Positions 1 to 9,451 are shown, counted from the stretch's first letter. The stretch: 64,000 bases of DNA from Ignavibacteriales bacterium (GCA_026390585.1 JAPLFP010000201.1:1247-65246); one strand, 5' to 3'. The notes: a model not told the origin generated them from the sequence alone. Program-made: numbers and translations.

Positions 1-1096
1 CATCGGAACTGTCGTTTCCGGCTGATGCTACCACCAGAGCTCCACGTTGAGTGGCGAAGTCGACGACGTCCTGCTCGGCCTGAGATCCGCCGCGCGACCC
101 CCAGCTGCAGTTGATGACTTTTGCTCCCATCGTCGCGGCGTAGACAATACCCATATCCCCCGCGAGAATGACCTCAGCATAATCATCGGAAGCGACCTTG
201 ACAGGCAAAATCCTGCATTTGTGAGCAAGAGAAGCGATGCCGATGCCGTTGTTGGTGACCGCAGCAGCGATGCCGGCCACGTGAGTTCCATGGGTGCCGT
301 CGTAACTAGTCGGGGCAGGATCGTTGTCCCCTGGCGTGGTCAAGGGATTGTAGGTTGCATAACTGGCTCCGGCAAAATCCCAACCATGCCAATCGTCAAC
401 ATATCCGTTTCCATCATCATCTTTTCCGTTCGACCGCTTATCGCCCGAAGCATCAATACCTGTCTCTCCTGAATTCACCCAGATGTTAGCAGCGAGGTCT
501 GGGTGGGTCCAAGCAACACCACAGTCAACAATGGCGATCACGACGGTTGAGTCCCCTTCCGTGTAATTCCATGCGGTCTGCGCGTTGATTTTCGAAAGTC
601 CCCACTGGGAACCGAGCAACGGATCATTGGGTGTGAAAGCTCCCTCTTTGGAGACACGACTTATGAACCAGGGCTCGGCGTACTGTACCTCTGGTAGCTG
701 GGAAAGCTCCTCTGAAATAGTGAAGGGGTCATTCGGGGATGAGTAGCGCACAGCATAGAGTTGCGAGAGATCGATATCGCCAACCTTTTTCGCGGTGGCT
801 GTTGGGTACAATTGAGCAGTGGAGACACCCATCACACGTGAAAGCACTCGGTCAATGGAAGTAACACCGAAGGCTGTCTTAGAGAGACTTGTGGTCGCCT
901 GGGGCATCATTTTGACAATAACGACACCGGGAAGGTACTCACTGTTGGACCGGTTTTTCAGGACTACCCCCGGCACTCCGTCAAGGGGCAGATGCTTGGT
1001 GACCCGGAGTCCCTTCTGTGCGCCTCCGAAAGCAGCATGAGAAATACCAGACAAAACAACCAACAAGACAACCAACATCTTCACGATCTGTCGCAT
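1..1096 (-). CDS. Subtilisin-like serine protease (peptidase S8), N-terminal ~365 codons; 3' end lies beyond the window start
   Basis: Absent from the ORF track because it runs off the edge. My translation of the minus strand from ATG 1096..1094 gives MRQIVKMLVVLLVVLSGISHAAFGG (signal-like), VVIAIVDCGVAWTHPDL (Asp block), GNGYVDDWHGWDF, HGTHVAGIAAAVTNNGIG (His block) and VVASAGNDSSD (Asn block). AAGGAGG lies on the minus strand at 1100-1106. Track ORFs 28..291(-) and 47..472(+) are shadows of this frame. Confidence 0.85.
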   Translation of the reverse strand, partial: MRQIVKMLVVLLVVLSGISHAAFGGAQKGLRVTKHLPLDGVPGVVLKNRSNSEYLPGVVIVKMMPQATTSLSKTAFGVTSIDRVLSRVMGVSTAQLYPTATAKKVGDIDLSQLYAVRYSSPNDPFTISEELSQLPEVQYAEPWFISRVSKEGAFTPNDPLLGSQWGLSKINAQTAWNYTEGDSTVVIAIVDCGVAWTHPDLAANIWVNSGETGIDASGDKRSNGKDDDGNGYVDDWHGWDFAGASYATYNPLTTPGDNDPAPTSYDGTHGTHVAGIAAAVTNNGIGIASLAHKCRILPVKVASDDYAEVILAGDMGIVYAATMGAKVINCSWGSRGGSQAEQDVVDFATQRGALVVASAGNDSSD

Positions 1097-1385
1097 GATC
1101 CTCCTTCAGGAGTATTCCCTCTATAGAACACTATCTGAGGGGTTCGCGTTTCTGCGTCGAGAAATGTATGGACAAAGGGAAAGGGAAGCAAGAAAAGAAA
1201 GGTTTCTGATGGAACCTAACCTCTTGTCACCTTAACGGTTATGGCGACGACAAGGGGAATTCATTGGGAGGAAACTTCCCGAGCGTGCGGGCGGACGATG
1301 TCAAAGCCATGATGAAGACTGTTTCTCGGAAGAAATCAAAGACGACGTAAACTGCGCGTTGAAGACTGAGAGGGCAAAACGAAAA

Positions 1386-1418
1386 CCCCGGTGATCGCAC
1401 CGGGGCTTTTGCTTTTTT
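1386..1418 (-). terminator. Rho-independent-type hairpin downstream of the receiver gene (looks bidirectional)
   Basis: CCCCGGTG-atcg-CACCGGGG (8 bp stem, 4 nt loop). It is followed on the plus strand by CTTTTGCTTTTTT and on the minus strand by TTTTCGTTTTG. It sits 23 nt past the stop of 1441..1833(-). Confidence 0.6.
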
Positions 1419-1440
1419 GTGAGACGCATTCCCTGTGACA

Positions 1441-1833
1441 TTAGACTTTGAAAGGGGAGCCGATGTAGTGCCTCAACCGTTTCGCCAGAAGTGTTCCGTC
1501 AACAGGTTTGGTCAAGAACTCGCTTGCGCCACAGCCTGCCGCGTCTGAGGAATCAGACTCGCTGTGAAGAGCTGTAACAATAATGACGGGGAGTTTCTTC
1601 GTCTTCACATTGGCCCGGATGCGCCGGCATGTCTCGAACCCGTTCAGGCCCGGCATCATCAAATCGAGCAGGACCATATCCGGAGGTTCTTTGTCAATTT
1701 TGTCGAGAGCCTCCTGTCCGTTCGATGCAACGTCGTAATCGTATCCTGCATTCGTAATGTGTCGCTGAAGTACCGAAACCATGATCGATTCGTCGTCAAC
1801 GATCAAGACCGTCTTGCGCCGTTCGGTAACCAT
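1441..1833 (-). CDS. Single-domain response regulator (CheY-like receiver)
   Basis: VLIVDDES ... PDMVLLDLMMPGLNGFETCRRIR ... LPVIIVTA ... FLTKP: the acidic pocket, phospho-acceptor Asp, Thr and Lys positions typical of REC domains. There is no output domain. Confidence 0.9.
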   Translation of the reverse strand: MVTERRKTVLIVDDESIMVSVLQRHITNAGYDYDVASNGQEALDKIDKEPPDMVLLDLMMPGLNGFETCRRIRANVKTKKLPVIIVTALHSESDSSDAAGCGASEFLTKPVDGTLLAKRLRHYIGSPFKV

Positions 1834-1902
1834 CGTGCCCCCTTTTTGTTGATCATGACTAGGAGCCCGGACGAAAACCCACTATTGGTTCCGCTCTCTG
1901 AA

Positions 1903-2010
1903 TCCCGCTTATGAGCGGAATCCAAGAGCGGGACCACAAAGACAGTAAGGCACAAAGAAAAAGCAGAGAAAAAGGTTTTCACACGCCTTGGTGTCTTCGC
2001 GACTTTCCTG
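1903..2010. repeat. Intergenic REP-like element, copy A (homologous to 20894..20987)
   Basis: The 16-nt core TCCCGCTTATGAGCGG is identical to 20894-20909. It is followed by 8-nt words CACAAAGA/CAGTAAGG/CACAAAGA and a partly complementary right arm CTTGGTGTCTTCGCGACTTTCCTG. Confidence 0.7.
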
Positions 2011-2149
2011 CCCGCCCAAGAGAACTAAGTTGGCAGGCGGGGTGGCACCGCTTCTCGACCGACCCTCAAATACAAAGCTATGAAAGACGAGCTTGAATAA
2101 CAAGGGCCGGTCGCGAACCCTGTCGTGTAGCGTAATCACTGCAAACGTC

Positions 2150-2176
2150 GTCTGACGGGTTGTCAACCCGTCAGAC
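2150..2176. repeat. Perfect 12-bp inverted repeat (3-nt loop) upstream of 2235..2720
   Basis: GTCTGACGGGTT-gtc-AACCCGTCAGAC. There is no T-tract on either side, so it is not an obvious intrinsic terminator. Confidence 0.6.
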
Positions 2177-2234
2177 AATGCTTTGATAATGTGACTATTC
2201 CGGGCTATATTATGACAATTCTGAATGCAGCATA

Positions 2235-2720
2235 ATGTTGCACACAACGAGGATTATGGGCGAGACAAAATCCTCTCTCATCTCGAAACTGAATCCAGCG
2301 GTCCCCCGATATTATCTCTTCGGACTCGCGGGAGCGTTTTGGACGTTTGCCGGTCTGTTGCTCTGTGCACGGGCAATCGTCTGGCTCAACGCTTTTCCCC
2401 TCAGCATCGAACTTGCTCTGGGAACCACAAGCATTGCGATTGCCATCGTTGGTTATCTTTATCTTTTTGTCAAGGTCGTGCAGAAAAACATCGACCGTAT
2501 CGGACAACTTCCGGAGAATGCATGTATGTTTGCTTTCATCGCTTGGCCGGGATATTTCATGATTGCGTTGATGATAACGATCGGCATAACGCTCCGGAAT
2601 ACTTCGATGCCGAAATACCTGCTGGCGGTGCCGTACACTGCGATGGGAGTCATTCTCCTCATCGGCAGTGCAAGGTTCTTCCGTCAATTTGCTGCCTCGA
2701 TGGCTCACCGCAAGAGCTAA
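2235..2720 (+). CDS. Small integral membrane protein, unknown function
   Basis: 161-aa ORF with about four hydrophobic segments (YYLFGLAGAFWTFAGLLLCA, LALGTTSIAIAIVGYLYLFV, FAFIAWPGYFMIALMITIGI, LLAVPYTAMGVILLIG). Overlapping track ORFs in other frames lack such structure. Confidence 0.6.
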   Translation: MLHTTRIMGETKSSLISKLNPAVPRYYLFGLAGAFWTFAGLLLCARAIVWLNAFPLSIELALGTTSIAIAIVGYLYLFVKVVQKNIDRIGQLPENACMFAFIAWPGYFMIALMITIGITLRNTSMPKYLLAVPYTAMGVILLIGSARFFRQFAASMAHRKS

Positions 2721-2799
2721 CCTGCATTTCCTTCGTGCATCAAGAGAGCGTTCTTCATATCTTCTGCCATCACCAGATCATCCGTCACGGTTCATTCAG

Positions 2800-5700
2800 A
2801 TGAAGACTTCGAAATCCCTCGTCGCATTGTCTCTTTTCTTCTCCCTGCTTTCTGGGTGCGGCAGCCTGCGCACGGTCGGCATCAAAACGAAAACGAGCAC
2901 CGCGGAAAAAATAGCCGAATTCAAATCTGATGTCGCAGCAAAGAAGTTTTCGTTTGAACTACCGCCACGCACCCGCATCGACACCGTAAAAGTCGATACG
3001 GAGAAAAAGGTGGTGGAAATTCATTTCAGCGAGCCGTTCTCCTACGTTGCCTATCGCATGGAGAATGTGAAAGAGATTTACCGCCGGATTCAATCATATT
3101 TCGCCGACTCTTTTGAGGGCTACGAGTTTTCGGTGCTCACACTCCGGCGTCCCATTGAACAGCTTGTCCCAAACTATTTTCGTGAGGATCGGTCTGTATA
3201 TGATAGGTCTAGGCTCCCTGTCGCGAAGAAAGAACGGCCGCTTCCGATTGTGCAGAACGTCAGCAAGCCGGTCATGCCGGAAAAGGGGTTATTCAATCGC
3301 AATATTGGGCTCTGGAACAGCCATGGCTGGTACTACAATAGAGAGCTTGACCGATGGGAGTGGCAGCGTCCCCGCATATTCTCGGGGGTTGAAGACCTCA
3401 TTCCCACCTCGTTCGTTCTTCCGTACCTCGTACCGATGCTTGAGAACGCGGGTGCCAATGTCTTTTTGCCCCGCGAACGCGATATCCAGATAAACGAAGC
3501 AATTGTTGATAACAATAGTCCGTCGACGGGCTATTCGGAGCGCGTTTGGGGAAAAGCACGATGGGCGAGCGGATTGAGCCAGGGTTTTGCGATCGGGAAT
3601 CCTCCGTACAATTCCGGTGTCAACCCGTTTCGGCTGGGAACACATCGGATCGTAGAATCGGACACCGTACCGACCGCGTCGGTGTCGTGGGCTCCGCGGA
3701 TCCCTGAAAGCGGTGAATACGCCGTCTACATTTCATACTGTTCATATGACAAGAGCGTTGATGATGCACGCTATACTGTTCACCACCTCGGAGGCACAAC
3801 AAAGTTTGTCGTGAATCAGAACATTGGCGGAGGGACCTGGATCTATCTCGAACATTTGCCTTTGCTGCCGGAAAGAATGTTGAAAGAGGAGGTGTTACGT
3901 TGACGAACAAGAGCCGGACGCGTGGGAGCATCCTCTCGGCAGATGCTGTGCGGTTCGGCGGCGGAATGGGGGTCATCGCCCGCAACGGAAAGACCGGTGG
4001 CAGACCGAAGTATGTGGAGGGGAGCAGATACTACCTTCAGTTTGCCGGGATGCCTGATACGCTCGTCTACAATTTCTCGAAAGACGCAAACGACTATCGC
4101 GATGATTACCAGAGCCGGGCTGAATACCTCAACTATCTTACGGGCGCACCCTGCGGACCAAACGGAAATCGCGACGAAAAAGGTCTTGGCATTCCCATCG
4201 ATCTCTCTATGGCGTTTCACACCGACGCCGGAATATCGAGCAGCGATACCACAATCGGCACCCTTTCCATTTATAGCATCTCGGACGCGAGACGCGGAAC
4301 AGTTTTTCCAGACAGTGTCTCCCGACTGGCGAACCGCGACCTGGCAGATCTCGTTCAAACTCAGATCGTGAATGATGTCCGGGCCAAGTACGACCCCATA
4401 TGGCAGCGCCGACAGCTAAGAAACGCAGACTACGCCGAAGCCGTGCGGCCGAACATGCCCGCGCTTCTCCTCGAACTGCTTTCTCATCAAAACTATCTCG
4501 ACATGAAGTTCTTCCTCGATCCGAGATTCCGATTCGATGTTGCGCGTGCGATCTACAAAGGGATGCTTCGTTTTCTGGCGACCGAATATGCAGTTCCGTA
4601 TGTTGTTCAGCCATTGCCAGTGACGCACTTTGCGGCGGAACTTGATGCGCGTGGCAGCGCAGTGTTGCGATGGAAACCTCGACTGGATCCGCTGGAGCCA
4701 ACTGCCAAACCAACTCGTTATGTCGTCTACAAACGCATCGGAGAAGGCGGTTTCGATAACGGCACGCTGGCTGATTCAGCTGGCATGGTGGTCGCGAATC
4801 TCACGCTCGGCGCAATCTACAGTTTCAAAGTCACAGCTCTTAACGAAGGCGGGGCGAGCTTTCCTTCCGAAATTCTCTCCGTCTGCCGTCAGTCCACGGG
4901 AAGCAAACCTGTGCTTATCGTCAATGGCTTTCACCGGATCTCCGGGCCCGGCGTTGTGGAGTCCAGTTCGTTTGAGGGATTCCTCAGTGCTCTCGATCGC
5001 GGGGTACCGGATCGCTACGATCTCGGTTTCACAGGCGAACAATATGACTTCGACCGGTTGTCGCAGTTCCGTTCCAACGACGGACCGGGACATGGAGCCA
5101 GCTTTGCAGACAACGAAGGCAAGGTCATCGTTGGCAACACATTCGATTATCCTTTCATCCATGGGTCGGCGCTCAAGGCTTGTGGTCTTTCGTTCTCATC
5201 GGTGAGCAGCGATGCATTGATGGACTCAATGGTCGGTCTCAACAACTATCAATTTGTTGACCTCATACTGGGAAAAGAAAAAGAAACGCACTGGCCAAAA
5301 TCGTTTGGGGATTCAGTCAATCAGGTTCAGTTCAGAACAATTCCCACGAAGATGCAACAGATCATCCGAGAATACTGCAATCATGGTGGGAATCTCTTTC
5401 TTTCAGGATCCTATGTCGGGGCAGATCTGTTCTCGCATCCGAAGGAAGATAGCACCAGCATCAAATATGCATGGAAGGTGCTGCATTTTGATTGGTCAAC
5501 TGGCCATGCGTCGCGGTCTGGCGTGGTGTATTCTGCAAACTCCTCACTGCTTCCGCGAAACAAGGAACTCTCTTTTAATGTCAACCTCCGACGTGACATC
5601 TACACTGTTGAATCTCCCGATGCCATTATACCGTCCGGCGGAAGCGAACAACTCTTGCGATATGCGGAGAATCAATTTGGGGCAGCGGTGGGGTATCGCA

Positions 5701-5813
5701 AAAGCTACGGCCTTGTGGTCATGGGATTTCCGTTTGAGACGATTATCGACCCGGCTGTCAGGACAGAACTTATGCGTGGAGTACTGAGGTATCTGAAGAT
5801 TCCAAACAATTGA
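2800..5813 (+). pseudogene. Golvesin-C-like + amidase-like + FN3 lipoprotein (family often auto-annotated as xanthan lyase), split by a 1-nt frameshift near 3848-3852
   Basis: Pieces are 2800..3903 (MKTSKSLVALSLFFSLLSGC lipobox; ARYTVHHLGGTTKFVVNQNIGGGTWIYL) and 3900..5813 (SADAVRFGGGMG; PALLLELLSHQN; FN3-like LRWKP...YSFKVTALNEGG). The frame of piece 2 stays open upstream of its TTG and reads TFAFAAGKNVERGGVTLTNKS. Adding one G after ctcg (3847-3850) joins the two as ...WIYLGTFAFAAGKN... Confidence 0.75.
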
Positions 5814-5921
5814 TTTTAGAAGAATATTCTCTAGATTCATCTGCACAACTCTTCCAGTCTGCCTGTGTCCGCATTCTTTTCGTCCAACGAGTGGGAGCCA
5901 GCTCCTCGATGAACGCATTCC

Positions 5922-6185
5922 ACGCTGGCAGCATCCAGCTGGGGGATGAATGAGATCGGCTTGTACAGTGCACACCTGCTTGGTACGTGTCGGATGGGAA
6001 TCGACCCGAAACGTTCGGTTATCGATGAACATTGTTAGACACACGATGTGAAAGGGTTGTTCGTGATTGACGGAAGCGTCACCCCCACGTCCCTCGGCGT
6101 CAATCCCCAGGTCACAATTCTGGCCATCGCGGAGAAAAGCGCTGAGTGGATTGACAGAAACTTCACAGACATAAAGGCTCGGTGA
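5922..6185 (+). pseudogene. C-terminal fragment of a GMC-family oxidoreductase with an in-frame TAG
   Basis: My translation is ...GMNEIGLYSAHLLGTCRMGIDPKRSVIDEHC*THDVKGLFVIDGSVTPTSLGVNPQVTILAIAEKSAEWIDRNFTDIKAR*. The H..GTCRMG and DGSV.PT..G.NP blocks are the GMC C-terminal signature. TAG is at 6035-6037. No N-terminal FAD-binding part lies upstream. Confidence 0.6.
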
Positions 6186-6321
6186 CGACGGGCTTGACTG
6201 TTGGCGTCTTGTTTACTACGATGGTTGTGTACTCTTTGGCTCAGAGAGCCTCCTCCACACCATGCATTTTGTACTCTCAATTCGGACCCATTGTTCATCA
6301 AACCACTGAAAGGGAATTCTC

Positions 6322-7101
6322 ATGAAGACCACTTTGCATCGATTGATCCAACCCTGCGCTCTCGTGGTTTTGATTGTTGTGGCTTCTTCGGCGCAAGGAC
6401 TTCACTGGAAGACGACAACAACAGCCATGGGCAAAGAGATGCAGAATGAGTTCTTTTTTATGCCGAAGATGGTCAAAACTGTCTCTGAAGATGGCGAGGT
6501 GCTTCTTCTCCGAGTTGATAAGAAAATGATATACACTGTTGATGCGAAGGAGAAGCAATATTCGGAAACGACATTCAATGAAGCTGATACACTGATGGCC
6601 AGAACGGTCAAAAAAATGAATGCTACTTCTGAGAAGATGAAGGAGCAATTCAAGAACATGCCGGAAGCCCAGCGGAAGATGATGGAGCAAATGATGGGTG
6701 GAGCAGAAAGTGAGGTACCGGCTGTCACAAAGAACACCGGCGAGAAAAAGGACATTGCCGGATATAACTGCACCAAGTATATCATTATGCAGGAAGAAAA
6801 GGAGCTGGTGACAGTCTGGGCAACGCAAGATATCAAGGAGTTTGCCGGGATGCGGAAGGACTTCGAGGAATTCTCGAAGCGCATGACGGGACGGATGCCC
6901 GGAATGGCTGCTGCTTCCGCAGAGCTCATGAAGTTACCGGGATTCGCCATGGAAACGCAATTCGGGACGATGATGACCCAGGCTGTAACGAGCATGGAGA
7001 AGAAGACAACCCCGGCTTCGGAATACGAAATCCCGTCTGGATACACAAAGGTGAAGTCAAAGTGGCAGGAAGAACTTGAGAAGGTCGATGAAAAGGAGTA
7101 G
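6322..7101 (+). CDS. Secreted hypothetical protein (possibly DUF4412-like)
   Basis: Signal peptide MKTTLHRLIQPCALVVLIVVASSAQG, with a Met/Lys/Glu-rich central region. The domain call is from memory only. Confidence 0.5.
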   Translation: MKTTLHRLIQPCALVVLIVVASSAQGLHWKTTTTAMGKEMQNEFFFMPKMVKTVSEDGEVLLLRVDKKMIYTVDAKEKQYSETTFNEADTLMARTVKKMNATSEKMKEQFKNMPEAQRKMMEQMMGGAESEVPAVTKNTGEKKDIAGYNCTKYIIMQEEKELVTVWATQDIKEFAGMRKDFEEFSKRMTGRMPGMAAASAELMKLPGFAMETQFGTMMTQAVTSMEKKTTPASEYEIPSGYTKVKSKWQEELEKVDEKE

Positions 7102-7268
7102 CAATGTAATCTTGATGATGAGGCTCTCTCTTGAGCCAATCAGATCGTACGTCTCTTTCGTAAGGCCTTTGACGTTCTTCTGAATAATCATACGTGACAC
7201 TGAGCGGGTACAACACTCCCGCAGAATAGATTCCTGTCGCAACGGTCAGGTGACGATGACCTTACACA

Positions 7269-7320
7269 AGAACCCGCAGCACGTTCTGCACAGATAGCGC
7301 CTGCGGGTTCTTTGTTTTCT
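7269..7320 (+). terminator. Candidate terminator hairpin with T-rich tail
   Basis: AGAACCCGCAG-(21 nt)-CTGCGGGTTCT followed by TTGTTTTCT. The loop is large and the nearest upstream plus-strand stop is at 7101. Confidence 0.35.
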
Positions 7321-7368
7321 GTGTGCTCATGGGGGAAGCACTCATCATAGCCCTGAAAGGAGGCTGCT

Positions 7369-7839
7369 ATGATACTAAAACAACTGGTCGACTTCCTGGA
7401 TACCAACGACGTCAAGTACGTCAACATCACACATTCCACAGCCTTTACAGCTCAGGATGTGGCGGAATCCGCTCACATCTCCGGCAAAGAGATGGCAAAG
7501 ACTGTCATTGTGTGGATGGATGGAGCCATGGCAATGGTTGTATTGCCGGCATTCTCCATGGTGGATTTCAACAAGCTGAAAGGAGCTATCGGGGCCAAGA
7601 GCATCGAGCTCGCCAGCGAATCGGAATTCAAAGACCGCTTCCCTTCCTGCGAAATAGGTGCTATGCCGCCGTTCGGCAACCTCTTTGCTATGAAGGTGGT
7701 GGTCGATGCAATGCTCGCGGAAGACAAAGAATTTGCCTTCAATGCAGGTACGCATCATGAGCTCATAAGAATGTCGTATGCGGATTATGAGCGACTCGTG
7801 AAGCCGACCATGGCGTCGTTCGCATTTCAGAAGAAATAG
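7369..7839 (+). CDS. YbaK/ProX-like aminoacyl-tRNA deacylase domain protein
   Basis: AGGAGG lies 5 nt upstream of the ATG. GKEMAKTVIVWMDG..MVVLPA...VDFNKLK...IGAMPPFGNL is the YbaK/EbsC-type editing-domain pattern. Confidence 0.7.
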   Translation: MILKQLVDFLDTNDVKYVNITHSTAFTAQDVAESAHISGKEMAKTVIVWMDGAMAMVVLPAFSMVDFNKLKGAIGAKSIELASESEFKDRFPSCEIGAMPPFGNLFAMKVVVDAMLAEDKEFAFNAGTHHELIRMSYADYERLVKPTMASFAFQKK

Positions 7840-7900
7840 AATTCCTCATGCCAACACTCTGTCCTCGCCCTCAAACAGGAGGGTGAGAAAGGAACTGCGT

Positions 7901-8494
7901 ATGCGCAAGCTCCACGGGTCTCTGTTACTTGTTTTCGTTCTCTCGTTGAACCTCTCCCATGCTCAACAACAGCCAACAGTACTCATCGCCTATTATAGTG
8001 TGAATGGGCACACGAAATCAATGGCGGACGCTGTCGCAAAAGGCGCACGAGCTGTCAAAAACGTAACTGTAAAAGTCATGACGGTTGGTGAAGTGAAAAA
8101 GGATGATCTCATTAGCGCCGATGCCATCATCGTGGGAAGCCCGGTCCACAATGCCAATGCAACTCCGGAAGTAGTGAAGTTCATTGCCAGCTGGCCGTTC
8201 GCCGGAGCTCCGCTGTTCAACAAGATCGGCGCCGTGTTCGTCACGGCGGGTGGAATCTCTGCCGGCGAAGAGCTAACGCAGATGAACATCCTCCATTCGA
8301 TGCTGCTCTTTGGGATGGTCGTCGTTGGGGGCGAAGATTGGACGTCTGCATTCGGAGCCTCAGCCATAACATCCGAAAAACCTTTTGGTGAAACGCAGAA
8401 GAATGTTGTCGTGGCAGATCAGTTTCTCAAGAAAGCGGAGGGACTAGGCAAACGGGTTGCTGAACTGGCCGTCCGCCTGAAGCACAGTCGCTAG
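7901..8494 (+). CDS. Flavodoxin-fold NAD(P)H:quinone oxidoreductase-like protein (WrbA-like) with signal-like N-terminus
   Basis: VLIAYYSVNGHTKSMADAVAKGA ... IIVGSPVHNANATPEVVKF ... GAVFVTAGG. The track ORF starts at GTG 7883; I prefer ATG 7901 (MRKLHGSLLLVFVLSLNLSHAQ). Confidence 0.7.
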   Translation: MRKLHGSLLLVFVLSLNLSHAQQQPTVLIAYYSVNGHTKSMADAVAKGARAVKNVTVKVMTVGEVKKDDLISADAIIVGSPVHNANATPEVVKFIASWPFAGAPLFNKIGAVFVTAGGISAGEELTQMNILHSMLLFGMVVVGGEDWTSAFGASAITSEKPFGETQKNVVVADQFLKKAEGLGKRVAELAVRLKHSR

Positions 8495-8579
8495 TGTGTT
8501 TTGGCGCGAGAGTTGTTCCTGAGTGAAGTTGATGCACAGGTTCCACTGATTCCCAAAAAAGACAAAGTTGAATTGTCCA

Positions 8580-8855
8580 TCAGCGCGGTGTGTGTGCGAC
8601 CAGCCCGTAAATTCCAACCAATGTGGATTCGTGAAGATTGGGACCTTCGATTTCTTCAAACTCCTTTATGAACTCAGAAAAGAGAATGCGTTTAGGCTTC
8701 GGACTAATCTTCTCTTTGAAATCTGTGAGAAATACGAGTGCTTCACGCTTTCGCTTCGCTTTTGTCGACTTCCAGTGTGTTCGACCTCCGTCTCTGAATA
8801 TAACATACCAGAAACCGTTGGAGCGCTTGAATAGAAAGAGGCTAGTGATATTCAT
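8580..8855 (-). pseudogene. N-terminal remnant of a tyrosine recombinase/phage integrase (catalytic domain missing)
   Basis: MNITSLFLFKRSNGFWYVIFRDGGRTHWKSTKAKRKREALVFLTDFKEKI...LFSEFIKEF matches the arm-binding plus start of the SAM-like N-domain of Bacteroidota-type integrases. The ORF stops after about 90 aa. No R..HxxR..Y catalytic region follows before the neighbouring gene at 8494. Confidence 0.6.
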
Positions 8856-9104
8856 TTTGTCACTCCTTTTTTTTGCGTCCATTAGTGTAGTTGAATAGGT
8901 TACCACGTTCCGTCCATTCGCTACCCAAAGGCTTCACCCGCGTACGATAATCAATTTCGCAGAGGGAGAATCATCCCGATTCTCGTTCTAGGTGTCATCC
9001 GAGAAGATCACTACCGTCCATTCGAACCTGCCCCCGTTAAACATATATGGCTTAAGCAGATGCGTGGTTTTTCACCGTTTTTTCAATATACCGAGTTTCC
9101 GGTA

Positions 9105-9133
9105 TTGACATTGCACCCCTGCCCAGATAGATT
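9105..9133 (+). promoter_or_regulatory. Sigma-70-like promoter candidate for the R-M operon
   Basis: TTGACA (9105-9110), a 17-nt spacer, then TAGATT (9128-9133), about 130 nt upstream of the first ORF of the operon. Confidence 0.35.
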
Positions 9134-9265
9134 CTGAGCAAGTGTGATAGGCTCGCGACTCGCCTGTCTTCATCTCTCGCAAAAATCCATTACATTCGCT
9201 GCAAAGTTTATGTCTGTGACTCATCAGCTCGAAGATAGCCTGACTGTTCCAAATTCTTGAGCGAA

Positions 9266-9451
9266 ATGCCCTCGTACCACATCAGCGAATCAAAAACGCG
9301 ATATAGCATCATCGATCCCCAGGTCAAGAAAGCTGGATGGAATCTCTCCGAGCGTGCGCAGGTCGCATTCGAGATTCTCGTCGCAGAATATGACGGCTCA
9401 GTTTCAGAGAGCTTCGCCGACTACTTCGTCCACAGTACCAAAACACGATGA
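9266..9451 (+). CDS. Truncated HsdR-N-like (restriction-endonuclease N-domain) mini-ORF, stop overlapping the hsdR start
   Basis: SESKTRYSIIDPQVKKAGWNL...FADYFV resembles the sE..tR..ID..L...GW...aDY.l opening of type I R-subunit nuclease domains. It ends before the E-x-K strand. ATGA overlap with hsdR at 9448-9451. The track start is TTG 9257; ATG 9266 is preferred. Confidence 0.5.
   Translation: MPSYHISESKTRYSIIDPQVKKAGWNLSERAQVAFEILVAEYDGSVSESFADYFVHSTKTR

Noticed and set aside
2668-2799. N-terminal extensions proposed by the ORF track (also 19044, 23584, 27454, 29454, 53598, 57001, 53062, 44029)
   Set aside because: In each case the extension overlaps the upstream gene or precedes a clean signal peptide or paralogue-aligned start. 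Internal starts were chosen instead: 2800, 19095, 23677, 27511, 29499, 53736, 57115, 53098, 43984.
7057-7242. 61-aa minus-strand ORF in the 7.1-7.37 kb spacer, considered as a small toxin/antitoxin gene
   Set aside because: It overlaps the end of 6322..7101. It has no partner ORF and no recognisable toxin or antitoxin motif.
8910-9035. tRNA T-loop-like GGTTCGAATGG (minus strand, about 9019-9029) and an 11-nt direct repeat CCGTCCATTCG (8910-8920, 9014-9024) next to the integrase remnant, as a possible att/tRNA relic
   Set aside because: The flanking bases cannot form a T-stem or acceptor stem, so it is not a tRNA. An 11-nt repeat at 104-nt spacing could be chance. It is kept only as a note for anyone mapping island ends.
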